DNA of 64,000 nucleotides from Convolutriloba macropyga (lineage: Eukaryota): NCBI RefSeq assembly GCF_964194025.1, contig NC_134477.1, positions 30,442,001 to 30,506,000 on the forward strand. Direction: 5' to 3'. Below the pieces are notes generated by a model. That model saw only the letters and a list, made by a program, of their open reading frames with translations, had not been told where the DNA came from and made no database searches. The position numbers and the translations under genes are program-made. Of the stretch, positions 1-14,152 are shown one piece after another; position 1 is the first letter of the stretch; each line of letters starts with the position of its first letter.

Positions 1-101
1 TTGGCGATGGTAACCCCCCTCCCGACTGAAGCAGACTGCAATAGATAAGTGCACCAACTAGTTGTGCTCGAGTTATTCTTCCGGCGTTAGCTGGCTATGT
101 T
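1..101 (+). mobile_element. 3' end of Helentron/DINE-like non-autonomous element, family A (cut by window start)
   Basis: Similar to 2640-2736 and 47300-47386; ends in hairpin CCGGC-GTTA-GCTGG then CTATGTT. Confidence 0.55.
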
Positions 102-596
102 AAATAGCCGCCGTCAGCCTCTTAAACGGCTATTATTTAGGCGCTCTCCTTATAGTTCGCTTTACCTTTTCAAGTCACAATTTTCACGTTTGATTTCTGA
201 CTTACCTCACTCACTGTTTGAATTGAATTGGTTCTAAATTCTTTCACGCATTCAATCACGCAATGTAGTGAATACGGTCAATGTCAAAATTGCAAAATAA
301 AAAAAAACGGGATAAACAGATAAAGCCCGGTCTTTAAGTCATAGTGCATTACGTTATCGAAGTTAATTAGTGATTGCTAGCTGATTTTAGTATTAAGCTT
401 AATACCCTGCACTTTTGAAGCTGAAATAAGCATAGTTTTAAATTGTAACTGAAACTGCATACTGAATTTGAACAATTTTTCAATTTTGGAGAAAATTTTG
501 TCAATTTCTATATCCTGTTTTTTTTTCTGTTTCAATCCCGCTGTGCGTCTAGCGCGTCAACGGCGGCTATTTTCCGACAATCTGCCGGCTATATTT
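102..596 (+). mobile_element. Helentron/DINE-like non-autonomous element, family B
   Basis: AAATAGCCGCCGT (102-114) is the exact reverse complement of 560-572; partial 5' inverted repeat at about 125-135; 3' stem-loop CCGACA-ATC-TGCCGG then CTATATTT. Confidence 0.65.
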
Positions 597-2261
597 AGGC
601 TTAGCAGTACAGACACTCTACTTTTTCACGCAGCGCAATTGCTTCCTTTTTTGATAGAACTCAAATTTAGAGCATTTTTAGCTGGCCTATTTTTTTTTAA
701 AAATCCAAAGGATTTGGAAAACATTGGCGCGCTGTCTGTTTATTGCTTGCGAAATATGTTTGAAGCAGTTATTGTTAACGTGGGCGTCTTTACCAAAATA
801 CCATTACTCGAAGAGGAGTAGTGGTATCATACTGGATTTTTAGCTGAAGCCAGTTTGTTCATGACCTTTTGTTGACTTTTTTGGGAACGTTCAATTCTGT
901 TTTCGAACATTGGACTATAACCGTGGCTTAATCTCTAATATACAGAAATAAAAAACTGGTAATAATGTTCAAGGTCGAAAGGTTATTTAGAGAATTTTGC
1001 CGATAACCCTGCCTCCTCTTCCAAGCAACAGACATACCCCACCCACCTACTTACCTACCTTCACCCACACTACTTACCTATCACCCCAACTACCTACCTA
1101 CCCGCATTTGCGAGCTAATAATTGTCTCCCATTTTGAAATCACTCTAGGAAATTTTGTTTTTGTCTCCTTCATTAATTTTTCAAATTTATGTATGGTTAG
1201 TTTGGAGATTTGATTGGACGGCTCTTCGAGCCGTTTTGGTATCCCACCGGATATATTTTGGTAGCAGAACCAAGTTTGTTTTTGACTTGATTTTTTTTGC
1301 TTCGAACATTTACAACGTTGCTCCTGTTTTCGAACGTTCTGAAATACTTTGAGTTCATAATGAGTGCTTTTTTTACTTTGACCGTTTTTTTCATGTCACT
1401 CAACTGAAAAGTCCGCAGAGCAATCATTGGCTAATAAAAAAGAAATGCTTAGTCGATTTAATTGTTTCACTTCATAGCTAATGATCTTGAAAACCATTTG
1501 AAACCCTTGAAACAACTCAAAAATTATTGCAAAAGAGTTTATGCCCACTCTTTTTGTTTTTGTCCTATTATTTAGTGAAATCATTGACATTGGCCAACAG
1601 TTGCTAATGGGAAAAATAAATGGAAATAATACTTATTTGAGTTCGTAGCAGCGGTCTGTCCAACTTTAACTATTTCTTTCCAAAGAGAAGTGAGTTTTTG
1701 AGTTTTGCCTGTTTTTGTTGCTTTTTAGTGGTCTGCTCTAAAAAAATAGTTGTTGTCATTGGAGTTTCACAGGTTCATAATGATTTTCACTTTATTGTCA
1801 CTCTGAAAAATTGTCACTTTAAAAAATATCTAAATGGATATGAATCTAAATTTCAATCTAAATGGAGTAACCGATTATTAATCAGAAATTTTCTGGAGAA
1901 GTGGAACGGCCTACCAATAGAAATCCGGAAAGAAAAAACAAATTCAAGAAATTGGTTCGAGAATTGATCAAATTACTTGAAACTGTTTCAATAGATGAAC
2001 AAGTATAGGGTTCTAGTTATTTCTACCAGTAATTTAAGGACCCAACTATTCCTATGTTTATAAAGTGATTCTTAATATGTAAATGTTTAACCAAACTTTT
2101 TGTTATGATTATAAAAATTTGAATTCGCATTTTATAGATCTAAAAAACGAAACGATGTGTTCTCATATAAATCTTTGATTAGTAAGAACGCGAGGCAATA
2201 AAAACAAGAAAATGTTTTAAAAAAGGTAAGCGTTTTCTAAATGTATGGGGTTCTGTCTGGT

Positions 2262-2736
2262 TTCATTGCTCTTTAACCAGCAGTTTTGAGGCAATTAATG
2301 TTTTGAGGCAATTATTGTACACTGAGTTTTGAGGCAATTATTGTACACGTGTTCGTCTTTTTTGTCAAAATTTTGCTTGACCGAATCGACTTTTCGAGTG
2401 ACTTTTGCGCCCTTGACTTTCCTTTTGCGTGATGTAGTTTTTCTATTATTTACAATTTTAATCAGTTATTTCATGTAGTGGCAGTTCACTACTAAAAGTC
2501 AAATGATAAGTGCACTGCAGTTTCTGGTACTTTTTTCACTTTTCATTGGTGTCATTTCACTGGTGCCAGTTTTAATAGTGTTTATAATGGTAATCAATAA
2601 CATCGTCGACAATAACGACGTTATTTGAATGCCACTTGGAGATTTTAACCCCCCTCCAGACTGAAGCAGACTGCAATGGATAAGTGCTCAAACTAGTCGT
2701 GCGCGAGTCTTTCTTCAGACGTTAGTCATTTATGTT
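2262..2736 (+). mobile_element. Family A element
   Basis: 5' CATTGCTCTT...GGCAATT, core GACTTTTCGAGTGACTTTT, 3' GACGTTAGTC...TATGTT; collinear with 46961-47386. Confidence 0.55.
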
Positions 2737-3150
2737 AAATAGCCGCCGTCAGCCTCCTAAATGGCTATTTTTTAGGCGCTGTCCTTATAGTTCGCTTTAC
2801 GCAATGTAGTGAATATGGTGATGTCAAAATTGCAAAATCAAAAGAAACGGGATAAACCGATAGAGCACGGTCATTAAGGTATAGTGCTAGTGGATTAGGT
2901 TATCAATGTTCATTAGAATGATTGCTAGCTGATATTCGTATTTGGCTTAATACCCTTCAGTTTAGAAGCTGAAGTAAGCATCGTTTTGAAATGTAACAAA
3001 CTGCCCACTGGATTAGAGCAATTTTTAGTAATTTTTAGCAATTAGAGTAAATTTTGTCAATTTTTATCTCTCCTTTGTTTCTGTTTCAATCCTGCTGTGC
3101 GTCTAGCGCGTCAAGGGCAGCTTTTTTCTCGTAATCTGCCGGTTATGTTT
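2737..3150 (+). mobile_element. Family B element (paralogue of 102-596)
   Basis: Same AAATAGCCGCCGTCAGCC start and ...ATCTGCCGGTTATGTTT end. Confidence 0.6.
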
Positions 3151-6100
3151 TGTTTTAGCAGTACCGACACTCTACTTTTGCACGCAGCGTTACTTCTTCC
3201 TTTTTTTTTGATAAAACTCAAATTTAGAGCATTTTTAGCTGGCCTATTTTAAAATCCAAAGGATTTGGAGTACATTGGTGCGTTGTCTGTTTATTGCTTG
3301 CGAAATATGTTTGAAGCAGTTATTGTAAACGTGTGCGTCTTTACCAAAATGCCAATACTCGAAGAGGAGTAGTGGTATTCTACAGGATTTTTAGCTGAAG
3401 CCAGTTTGTTCATGACTTAAGTTTTGACTTCTTTAGGAACGTTCAGTTCTGTTTTCGAACACTGGACTATAACCGTTGTTTAATCTCTAATATACAGAAA
3501 TAAGAAACTGGTGGTAATATTCAAGGTCGAAAGGTTACTTTAAGAATTTTGCCCATAATCCTGCCTCCTCTTCCAAGCAACAGACATACCCCACCCACCT
3601 ACTTACCTACCTTCACCCACACTACTTACCTATCACCCCAACTACCTACCTACCCGCATTTGCGAACTAATAATTGTCTCCCATTTTTGAAATCACACTA
3701 GGAAATTTTGTTTTTATCTCCTTTTTCATTAATTTTTCAAATTTATGTATGGTTAGTTTGGAGACTTGATTGGACGGCTCTTCGAGCCGTTTTGGTATCC
3801 CACCGGCTATATTTTGGTAGCAGAATCAAGTTTTTTCATCACTTCAACTTTTGTCTTCGAACATTGACTTCTGTTTTAGAACGTTGCTCCTGTTTTTGAA
3901 CGTTAGACTCTACCAGTAGCTTAGTTACTAACAAACAGTAATCAGAAGCTACTGATAATGTGAAGCTGCCGAAATATGAGTTTGAGAAGTTATTTCCTAT
4001 AAGAGTCCGTCCTCCCCATACAGGTAACTACAGACTCCACCACCCACCTGCTTACCCTCCCACCTCATTACTAAGCCCTCCCTCGTCTAGTGTATCCACC
4101 TCTACCAACCCCCCCCCCCACGCAAACACGCACCCGTAATCTAAAAATGGTCTCTTCAGATCACTATAGTTCTATTAGGTAACTTTTTTAAATCTCCGTT
4201 TTTTCTGATTCTGATAGAACACTAACTCTTTCAGCTATCTATTTCAGCTAATGCTCTAGGACATTGTTTTTCGAAAAATTATTCGAGTTTTTGCCCTCTT
4301 TTAATGTTTTTGTCCTTTTATTCAGTGACATCATTGCAATAGTTGCTAATGGGAAAAGTAATTGTAATTACTGATTTGAGTTCAAAAGTTTCAACGACTT
4401 ATTTGTGAAAAATTTCAGTCGTTTTTTGAGTCTTGCCCAGTTTTCAAGTTGTTTCTGTTGTGTCCTCACTTGGTCTCGTTTTGGATAGTTCGAATTGTTT
4501 GCTATGAAGGCGTAAATGAATCTCTGAAATAGTTTGAGTTCATAATGAGTGCTTTTTTTGACTTTGACTGTTTTTTTCATGTGACTCAATCTGAATAGTC
4601 AGCAGATCAATCATTGGTTTATGAAAAAGTTTTTAGTCGATTTAATTGTTTCACTTCATAGCTAATGCTCTATGACTTTGAAACATTTGTTTCTAAAAAT
4701 AATTCGAGTTTTTTCGCCACTTTTTAGTGTTTTCGTCCTATTATTTAGTGACATCATTGGCGTTGGCCAACAGTTGCTAATGGGAACAATAAATGTAAAG
4801 AATACTAGTTTGAGTTCATAGCAGTGGTCTGTCCAACTTCAACTATTGTTTCCAAAGAAATTAGGTTTTGAGTTTTCCCTGTTTTTGTTGCTTTTTTGTG
4901 GTCTTGTCATGGTCTGGTCTCAAAAATATTTGTTGCCATTGGCGTTTTACTGCTTCAGAATGATTGTCACTATTTTTATTTTAAGCTACAGCTTTTATTG
5001 ACTGGATTACCTTAAAGTCTTTCTGAGAGTTGTGTATGATCTTGCCGTATTGTCTTTCTTTATCAGATTGATTGGACGACTCTTGAGCCGTTTACGGTAT
5101 CCTGTGAACTATTTTTTGGTAGCGGAACCAAAATTGTTCGTGACTTGAACTTTTGTCGTCGAACATTGACTACGAACATTGTATTAAAACGTTGGCTGCC
5201 TGTTTTTGAACGTTTGGCTTACAGTAGCGTTGTTACTAATAAACATTAATTAGAAGCTGTTGGTAAAGTTCAAGCTGCCGAAATCTGAGTTTGGGAATCT
5301 AATCCTTATAACAGTCCGTCCTCCCTATCCAAATAACTAGACTCCACCATCCATATACTTATCCTCCCTCTTCATACCCCTTCCCTCGTCTCTTGTATCC
5401 ACCCGCTATCAACCCCCACACAAACACTTACCCTTAATCTAAAAATTGGTAATTTCAGAACACTATAATTCTATTAGGTAACTATTTTTATTTCTGTCTT
5501 CAATCTTTCTGATTCATGTAGAACACTGGCTGTTTCTCTTATATTTTCTCAGAGATTATATTGAACGACTCTTTGGTTCGTATCATGTATTGCACCGGCT
5601 GCTTTGCAAAACTTTTGCTTGCCCTTTTCTGTGCATTTGTTCGAGAACTTTCCTTGACTTCTTGAGTGGCTTTGTCACGCCTGAAGTTACCATTTTCAAG
5701 TGATCTAATCTGCTCTCATTGTAAAGTTTCTTTGCTAACGTGATGGCGAAAGATAATCAATGATCTTTTAGCCTAGTAGTTCAGATGCCAGACAACGCCC
5801 TGTATTAGTTTAAATTGCCCCACCTGTCATTCGAGAGCAGTTCATCCGACATTAGTCGTTTTGGTTTTGAGATCTGTTCACACTTTATTCGACTTCATGC
5901 CAGGAAAGGAAAGGGGTCAATAGGTTCGAGGAAGACTGGTTTCAAATTAAACCTAAAGTAGAATGAATAATTGGCGTTTGAACAAGTTTGAAAACGAATT
6001 TTTTCTTGTGGGGGCTTTTTGACTTATTTTTGCTGTTTTTTTTTCACTGTTTATTTCTTAACTAATGGTTTCTAAAGGTAATAGCGCGTCAAGGGCAGCT

Positions 6101-9059
6101 TTTTTCTCGTAATCTGCCGGTTATGTTTTGTTTTAGCAGTATCGACACTCTACTTTTGCACGCAGCGTTACTTCTTCCTTTTTTTTGACAAAACTCAAAT
6201 TTAGAGCATTTTTAGCTGGCCTATTTTAAAATCCAAAGGATTTGGAGTACATTGGTGCGTTGTCTGTTTATTGCTTGCGAAATATGTTTGAAGCAGTTAT
6301 TGTAAACGTGTGCGTCTTTACCAAAATGCCAATACTCGAAGAGGAGTAGTGGTATTCTACAGGATTTTTAGCTGAAGCCAGTTTGTTCATGACTTAAGTT
6401 TTGACTTCTTTAGGAACGTTCAATTCTGTTTTCGAACATTGGACTATAACCGTGGCTTAATCTCTAATATACAGAAATAAGAAACTGGTGGTAATATTCA
6501 AGGTCGAAAGGTTACTTTAAGAATTTTGCCCATAATCCTGCCTCCTCTTCCAAGCAACAGACATACCCCACCCACCTACTTACCTACCTTCACCCACACT
6601 ACTTACCTATCACCCCAACTACCTACCTACCCGCATTTGCGAACTAATAATTGTCTCCCATTTTTGAAATCACACTAAGAAATTTTGTTTTTATCTCATT
6701 TTTCATTAATTTTTCAAATTTATGTATGGTTAGTTTGGAGATTTGATTGGACGGCTCTTCGAGCCGTTTTGGTATCCCACCGGCTATATTTTGGTAGCAG
6801 AATCAAGTTTTTTCATCACTTCAACTTTTGTCTTCGAACATTGACTTCTGTTTTAGAACGTTGCTCCTGTTTTGGAACGTTAGACTCTACCAGTAGCTTA
6901 GTTACTAACAAACAGTAATCAGAAGCTACTGATAATGTGAAGCTGCCGAAATATGAGTTTGAGAAGTTATTTCCTATAAGAGTCCGTCCTCCCTATACAG
7001 GTAACTACAGACTCCACCACCCACCTGCTTACCCTCCCACCTCATTACTAAGCCCTCCCTCGTCTAGTGTATCCACCTCTACCAACCCCCCCCCCCCACG
7101 CAAACACGCACCCGTAATCTAAAAATGGTCTCTTCAGATCACTATAGTTCTATTAGGTAACTTTTTTAAATCTCCGTTTTTTCTGATTCTGATAGAACAC
7201 TAACTCTTTCAGCTATCTATTTCAGCTAATGCTCTAGGACATTGTTTTTCGAAAAATTATTCCAGTTTTTGCCCTCTTTTAATGTTTTTGTCCTTTTATT
7301 CAGTGACATCATTGCAATAGTTGCTAATGGGAAAAGTAATTGTAATTACTGATTTGAGTTCAAAAGTTTCAACGACTTATTTGTGAAAAATTTCAGTCGT
7401 TTTTTGAGTCTTGCCCAGTTTTCAATTTGTTTCTGTTGTGTCCTCACTTGGTCTCGTTTTGGATAGTTCGAATTGTTTGCTATGAAGGCGTAAATGAATC
7501 TCTGAAATAGTTTGAGTTCATAATGAGTGCTTTTTTTTACTTTGACTGTTTTTTTCATGTGACTCAATCTGAATAGTCAGCAGATCAATCATTGGTTTAT
7601 GAAAAAGTTTTTAGTCGATTTAATTGTTTCTCTTCATAGCTAATGCTCTATGACTTTGAAACATTTGTTTCTAAAAATAATTCGAGTTTTTTCCCCACTT
7701 TTTAGTGTTTTCGTCCTATTATTTAGTGACATCATTGGCGTTGGCCAACAGTTGCTAATGGGAACAATAAATGTAAATAATACTAGTTTGAGTTCATAGC
7801 AGTGGTCTGTCCAACTTCAACTATTGTTTCCAAAGAAATTAGGTTTTGAGTTTTCCCTGTTTTTGTTGCTTTTTTGTGGTCTTGTCATGGTCTGGTCTCA
7901 AAAATAGTTGTTGCCATTGGCGTTTTACTGCTTCAGAATGATTGTCACTATTTTTATTTTAAGCTACAGCTTTTATTGACTGGAATACCTTAAAGTTTTT
8001 CTGAGAGTTGTGTATGATCTTGCCTTATTGTCTTTCTTTATCAGATTGATTGGACGACTCTTGAGCCGTTTACGGTATCCTGTGAACTATTTTTTGGTAG
8101 CGGAACCAAAATTGTTCGTGACTTGAACTTTTGTCGTCGAACATTGACTACGAACATTGTATTAAAACGTTGGCTCCCGTTTTTGAACGTTTGGCTTACA
8201 GTAGCGTTGTTACTAATAAACATTAATTAGAAGCTGTTGGTAAAGTTCAAGCTGCCGAAATCTGAGTTTGGGAATCTAATCCTTATAACAGTCCGTCCTC
8301 CCTATCCAAATAACTAGACTCCACCACCCATATACTTATCCTCCCTCTTCATACCCCTTCCCTCGTCTCTTGTATCCACCCGCTATCAACCCCCACACAA
8401 ACACTTACCCTTAATCTAAAAATTGGTAATTTCAGAACACTATAATTCTATTAGGTAACTATTTTTATTTCTGTCTTCGATCTTTCTGATTCATGTAGAA
8501 CACTGGCTGTTTCTCTCATATTTTCTCAGAGATTATATTGAACGACTCTTTGGGTCGTATCATGTATTGCACCGGCTGCTTTGCAAAACTTTTGCTTGCC
8601 CTTTTCTGTGCATTTGTTCGAGAACTTTCCTTGACTTCTTGAGTGGCTTTGTCACGCCTGAAGTTACCATTTTCAAGTGATCTAATCTGCTCTCATTGTA
8701 AAGTTTCTTTGCTAACGTGATGGCGAAAGATAATCAATGATCTTTTAGCCTAGTAGTTCAGATGCCAGACAACGCCCTGTATTAGTTTAAATTGCCCCAC
8801 CTGTCATTCGAGAGCAGTTCATCCGACATTAGTCGTTTTGGTTTTGAGATCTGTTCACACTTTATTCGACTTCATGCCAGGAAAGGAAAGGGGCCAATAG
8901 GTTCGAGGAAGACTGGTTTCAAATTAAACCTAAAGTAGAATGAATAATTGGCGTTTGAACAAGTTTGAAAACGAATTTTTTCTTGTGGGGGCTTTTTGAC
9001 TTATTTTTGCTGGTTTTTTTTCACTGTTTATTTCTTAACTAATGGTTTCTAAAGGTAAT
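3104..9059. repeat. Near-identical tandem duplication, unit about 2978 bp (3104-6081 and 6082-9059)
   Basis: Both units start TAGCGCGTCAAGGGCAGC and end TCTAAAGGTAA; ORF track has twin ORFs offset by 2977-2978 (3708/6685, 4368/7346). Confidence 0.9.
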
Positions 9060-9269
9060 ACTTATGTTCTAACACTGTCTAGATTTAGTTTTTGGGTTCA
9101 TCAACGGACAATTAATGGTTTACATGATTTAGACACGGCTTCTTTCAATAAAATATCAGTGGTTTTTTGCGTTGTTTTAGTTCTTTGTTTTGTCCTGTTT
9201 CTTAGTTTTTCTAATGATTAGTGTCACTGACGCTTTAATGAGGCGTCGTTTCAGCTTTTTAATTTTAAA

Positions 9270-10325
9270 AATGATTTTTAAAGGTTTCAACGAGTTATTT
9301 CTGAAAGGTTTTAGTCGTTTTTTGAGTCTTGCCCGGTTTTCAAGTTGTTTTTGTTGTCTGCATCTGGTTTCGTTTTGGATAGTTCGAATTGTTTGCTATG
9401 AAGGCCTAAATGAATCTCAAAAATAGTTTGAGTTCATAATGAGTGTTTTTCTTGACTTTGACCCTTTTTGTCTTGTCACCCAATCTGAATAGTCAGCAGA
9501 TCAATCATTGGTTTATGAAAGATTTTTAGTCGATTTAATTGTTTCACTTCATAGCTAATGCTCTGACTTTGAAACAATTTGTTTCGAAAATTTATTCGAG
9601 TTTTTGCCCACTTTTTATCGCTTTTGTCCTATTGTTTAGTGACATCATTGACATTGGCTAACGGTTGCTAATGGGAACAATAAATGTAAATAATACTGGT
9701 TTGAGTTCATAGCAGTGGTCTGTCCAACTTCAACTATTGTTTCCAAAGAAATTAGTTTTTGAGTTTTGCCTGTTTTTGTTGCTTTTCTTTTGGTCTTGTC
9801 ATTGTCTGGTTTCAAAAATATTTGTTATCGTTGGCGCATTACTGCTACATAATTCTTGTCGCTTTTTAAGTTTTAGCAGCGATTTAATTGACTTGAATAC
9901 CTTTTTTGATTGTTTTGCCGAGTTTTTAATTCTTGCCTTATTGTCGTCCTTTTTGAGATTTGATTGGACAACTTCTGAGCCGTTTGCGGTATCCTGTCAA
10001 CTATATTTTGGTAGCGGAATCAAGTTTGTTTGTGACTTGAACTTTTTTGTCTTCGGAAATTGAATTTTTTTAGAACGTTGACGTCTTGTTTTTTAACGTG
10101 TGACTAACAATAGCGTAGTTACTAATAATTATTAATTAGAAGCTGCTGGTAAAGTTGAAGCTGCCGAAATCGGAGTTTGAGAATTTATTCCTTATTACAG
10201 TTCGTCCTCCCTTTCCTAATAAATACAGACTCCACCAGCCAGCTACTTACCGTCCCCCATCATAGCCCCTCACTCGTCTAATGTATCCACCCGCTATCAA
10301 CCCCCACAAACACACGCCCTTGAAC
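9270..10325. repeat. Diverged third copy of about 4385-5435
   Basis: Collinear similarity, e.g. GGATAGTTCGAATTGTTTGCTATGAAGG, GAAGCTGCCGAAATC, CCACCCGCTATCAACCCCCACA. Confidence 0.75.
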
Positions 10326-11589
10326 TTATTTACATGTTATATGTTACTTCAAAAGTTATGTTACGTCATGTTTACTGATTTATGGTTGTAGTTTTTTTTT
10401 CTTGCTTTGACACCACTAATCTTCAACATTTCGGTTCTTCTCAGTTTATGCGAATTTTCCATTTTCTGTTTTTTGATTTCGGCAAATTGTTTTTTTGTGT
10501 GTGCTCATTCTAAAGATGAATTTTAGCGTTGCTTACATAAAGTATTGTTTCTTTTGATTTTTTCTTTAAAAATGAAATTAATTCATGGAAATAAAATTTT
10601 GATTGATTTTCAGATTGTCTCTATTTAATTTTGCACATATAGGATCATTTACTTTTGGACTGTCATAGTTTTTTGTTGGCGGAAAAATAGTGATTGGCAG
10701 GTCTTGGTTAATTTGTTGACGTGTATTGCAAATCAGAACAATTGTGTGTTCTTGACTTCGAACAAAAATTTGTTTCGTGTTACCTCAGTTCAGAACTCAT
10801 TCAATACTTTGTGATATCTTTTTCGAGTTTTATTGCTAGTTTGGCTATGCTCTCATTCTGCGCAGAGTGCTTTCAAACAGCAGTTGCTCAGAAACGTGTT
10901 CGAAAATCAACCCATAACTCTCAATTCTGGCTGCACCCTGCTTGAACTTTGTTCTTATATGTCTTAGTTACCCATTCTATTGCCTATTGGTATCCAAACT
11001 AGCACCTCTATCCCCTAATTAACAAACAGGAGTCTGCATTACTTGCATTATTTGCTGCTTTTTCCTCTTCAATTGCCTACTGTTGATTCATGTCTTTGTA
11101 GCTATAGCTAGATCTACTCGGATGAATTAGAGATCATCTTTGTGCACATAGTTTATAGAAACAAGATATAAAACACAAGAAAGATGATTATAATTTAATA
11201 TTTTAGTTATTTTCACAGTATGAAAAAAGCCAAAATTTTTAAAAAAATTTGAAGTTTTTGATCAAACAGTTTGTTTTCAAAGTTTTTTGGTCAAATAGGT
11301 TGTGTTCATGTTTTAGGGTTCTTTTTTCTCGGCTGATGCCAGTTTTCCACATCTTTTCTGCATTTCCACTTATTTTTTCTTCTGTTTCGTCATTCTGAGG
11401 ATGTCTACTAGCATTGTTTATATAGGATGTTGTTCATATTAGTTTTTAATAACTAGTTTTCGGAAATAGTTTTCCGCTGTTTAATTTTGCGCATATAGGA
11501 TCACGTGCTCTAGTTTGTTGTTGTTGGAACAATGTTGATTAGCAGGTCCTTAGCTAATTCAATGATATTGATTGCAGAAATTGTACTGC

Positions 11590-12060
11590 TATGTCTCAAC
11601 TATCAAAAATAGCAGAATCAACTTCTGTAAAGTATCTTGGCGTAGTTATTGATAGCACACTAAAGTTTGATGAAGTTAAATAGATACTACAGAGCATGGC
11701 TCGTGGAATAAAAGTTTTCGCCAAAAGTAAAAGCTTTCCTGAGAAAACGAAAATTGTACTGTACTAATTTCCATTGTAAGTCGTGTACCTTTATCAGCTT
11801 TAGTTTTGCTAGGGTTGCAGAAAACTTTAATCGCAACAGTGGAAAAACAATTGAATTGGGGAATTAAAACCTGATTTAATCGGGGAAAGTACGATCGTTC
11901 GACAGATCTCAATTTTTGGTAACCGAATTTTACTAGTTTCTAAGTATCGCTGAGCAGAACATTTTTTTTCGCCTACTCAGCAACGTTCCTCCAGCTTAAA
12001 AATGAATCTCTACAATGGGAAGAAAACAACATGACAGGTCATAGAAAGTCACGCCTGATA
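11590..12060 (+). mobile_element. Degenerate LINE ORF2 3' fragment
   Basis: Encodes SVKYLGVVIDSTLKF and TVEKQLNWGIK...KYDRSTDL, matching TLEKQLNWGIK...KYDRSADL of the 50169-50507 (-) ORF. Confidence 0.7.
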
Positions 12061-12897
12061 AAAGAAAGAACAATACTTTATGATCTGATTTTTTTGTTGC
12101 TCAAGCAATTTCAGTGCACAGTAATTTTCTAGCATCAGACTCATAGCAATATCGAGAACGTCCTGAAACAAGATATGAACGAATATTTTCGGAAAAAAAA
12201 TTTTGAAGGTCCTAAATGTTATTGATTTGCAAGATGTATTTGAACGCAATCGATTTTAATTTTCTACACTGTAGATCTTCACCACACATAAAAAATTGTG
12301 CAAAAATTTTTTGCTTGCTTTTGGTAAAGTGCTGTCCAGTTCTCTAAATAACTAATTTAATGTTTTTTTTTAAAAAAAATTACAGAATGATATATTCTTA
12401 GCTGTACATTGCCTCTTTACCATTTGATTTTTATTCTTATGTGTATTAGAGAAAATAAACAATTTTTTTTCTTTTTTGCTTCGATGCTTGAACAAAATGA
12501 ATATTTTACTGGGAAAAACAGCCGCCTGCCTCTCATATATACGTTTAAAGTTTACATGCAATTTGAACATTAGTTAACAGACCGGGGAAATTATGTTAAA
12601 AGTAACATGTAATGTTTGTTAGCGGATCTGTTCTACTTTCAAGCTATGACATTGATGACGAATGCTGTTGACGAATGATCTATCTACAAGCGCTTATTCG
12701 ATCGTGCTTTTACTTGTAACAGTGACTGGACATGGATCTGAACTAGTTCACTGAGTAAATTTGGGTGATGTAACGCGATTGGTTTCATGTTTGAAGTTGT
12801 GAGGTGTGTCCATTTCAGATTGATTTCTGTTTTATCGTTCATTCGCTGATCCGATCTCTGAAGTTCATCAGTTGATACACCAAACACTCTTCTGACA

Positions 12898-13041
12898 ATG
12901 GTTGTAAAAGTGTTCTTCGATATCACAATTGGAGGCTCCAATGCCGGCCGAGTGACTATGGAGTTGCGGGATGACGTATGTCCTAAGACTGTTGAGAACT
13001 TCAGGGCTCTTTGCACTGGGGAGAAGGGATTTGGGTTCAAG
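12898..13041 (+). CDS. PPIA: Cyclophilin A-type peptidyl-prolyl cis-trans isomerase, exon 1 of 3 (163 aa total)
   Basis: [13 protein letters not shown]...[22 protein letters not shown] is the cyclophilin N-terminus; GT donor at 13042, phase 0. Confidence 0.95.
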
Positions 13042-13407
13042 GTTAGCTATAGTCGTGTGGATGATTTTGTTCGCGAAACCAGAAATAGCTTATCGGCCAT
13101 ATTGCGTTTTGTACCAATGCATGCAAATGTTTCAATTATGCAAGAAGGTGGTTTAGGGTGCTAAGATAATTGAGGGTTCTTTTCGGAGAAAGATTGCAGC
13201 TCCCTTTTGTAGTTGGTAGTGATTTTGTTGAAGGTTGTTTTGATGAAATTGCGAATTATTTTCCTTTTTAACCACACCACCTCATAAATCACTTCAATCA
13301 ATCTTGTATTTGGAATTTTGCATTTTCCTAGTTCTTCTTGTTTTTTGAGTGGTACGATTAGATGAAAAAGAATTATCCTTTTTTAAAAAAAACATGTTTT
13401 GCTACAG

Positions 13408-13586
13408 GGTTCCAAGTTCCACCGAATCATCCCCGGCTTCATGTGCCAGGGTGGGGATTTCACAAAGGGAAACGGAACGGGTGGCAAGAGTATCTACGGA
13501 GGCAAGTTCAATGACGAGAACTTCACTCTCAAACACACTGGACCTGGCATTCTGTCCATGGCTAATGCTGGTCCTAACACCAACGG
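13408..13586 (+). CDS. PPIA: Cyclophilin A, exon 2
   Basis: CAG acceptor ending 13407; [31 protein letters not shown]...[14 protein letters not shown]; GTAGGA donor at 13587, phase 2. Confidence 0.95.
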
Positions 13587-14152
13587 GTAGGAGTTGTTTG
13601 TATTGCATTATCATGATACCTCTGTTGTTACGCAAAAGATATGGGGACATAGCAAACTCTTTGAACGCAACCAGTGTTGGCTTTTTTCATCTTGTTTTGT
13701 TGCTACTGGGTGCTGGAATAATAAGTACTGGGTCGCTGAAGAGCTGTTAAGTGCTAAGAGGAAAGTCTACTTGTTTGTTAGCTTAATGCAAAAATTTGAG
13801 AGAATTATTTCGTTGGAGTTCAAATTGAGATAAGTTTTATGTTGAGCATTTCGTCGAGTAGAAAAGGAAGCCCTGCTCTAGTTTTGGCATCCTATTTGAT
13901 AGTTACGCTTTTTCAGCGTTGTGTGCTGATTTTTAATCATATTTTTGTTGATTTTCCCTTACCGGCTGCGCTAGTTAGTTTTCTATTTTTGTGCTCATTG
14001 GTTAAGTGTTAAGATCCAGATAAATACGATGCTCAATTTTTCCAGCAACAGTTGAGACTTTTTGAAAACATTTGAATCAGTTGTCTATTCAATGATATTC
14101 TCCCCTTTTAATTAATCTTGATTGCTTTGGTTGGGAGTTGATGTATATAATA

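Noticed and set aside
468-10063. Short ORFs in the first 10 kb as genes
   Set aside because: F/L/K-rich translations of T-rich repeats, recurring only because the DNA is duplicated.
13590-13760. snoRNA at the start of cyclophilin intron 2
   Set aside because: Several hairpins but no correctly placed ACA or C/D boxes.
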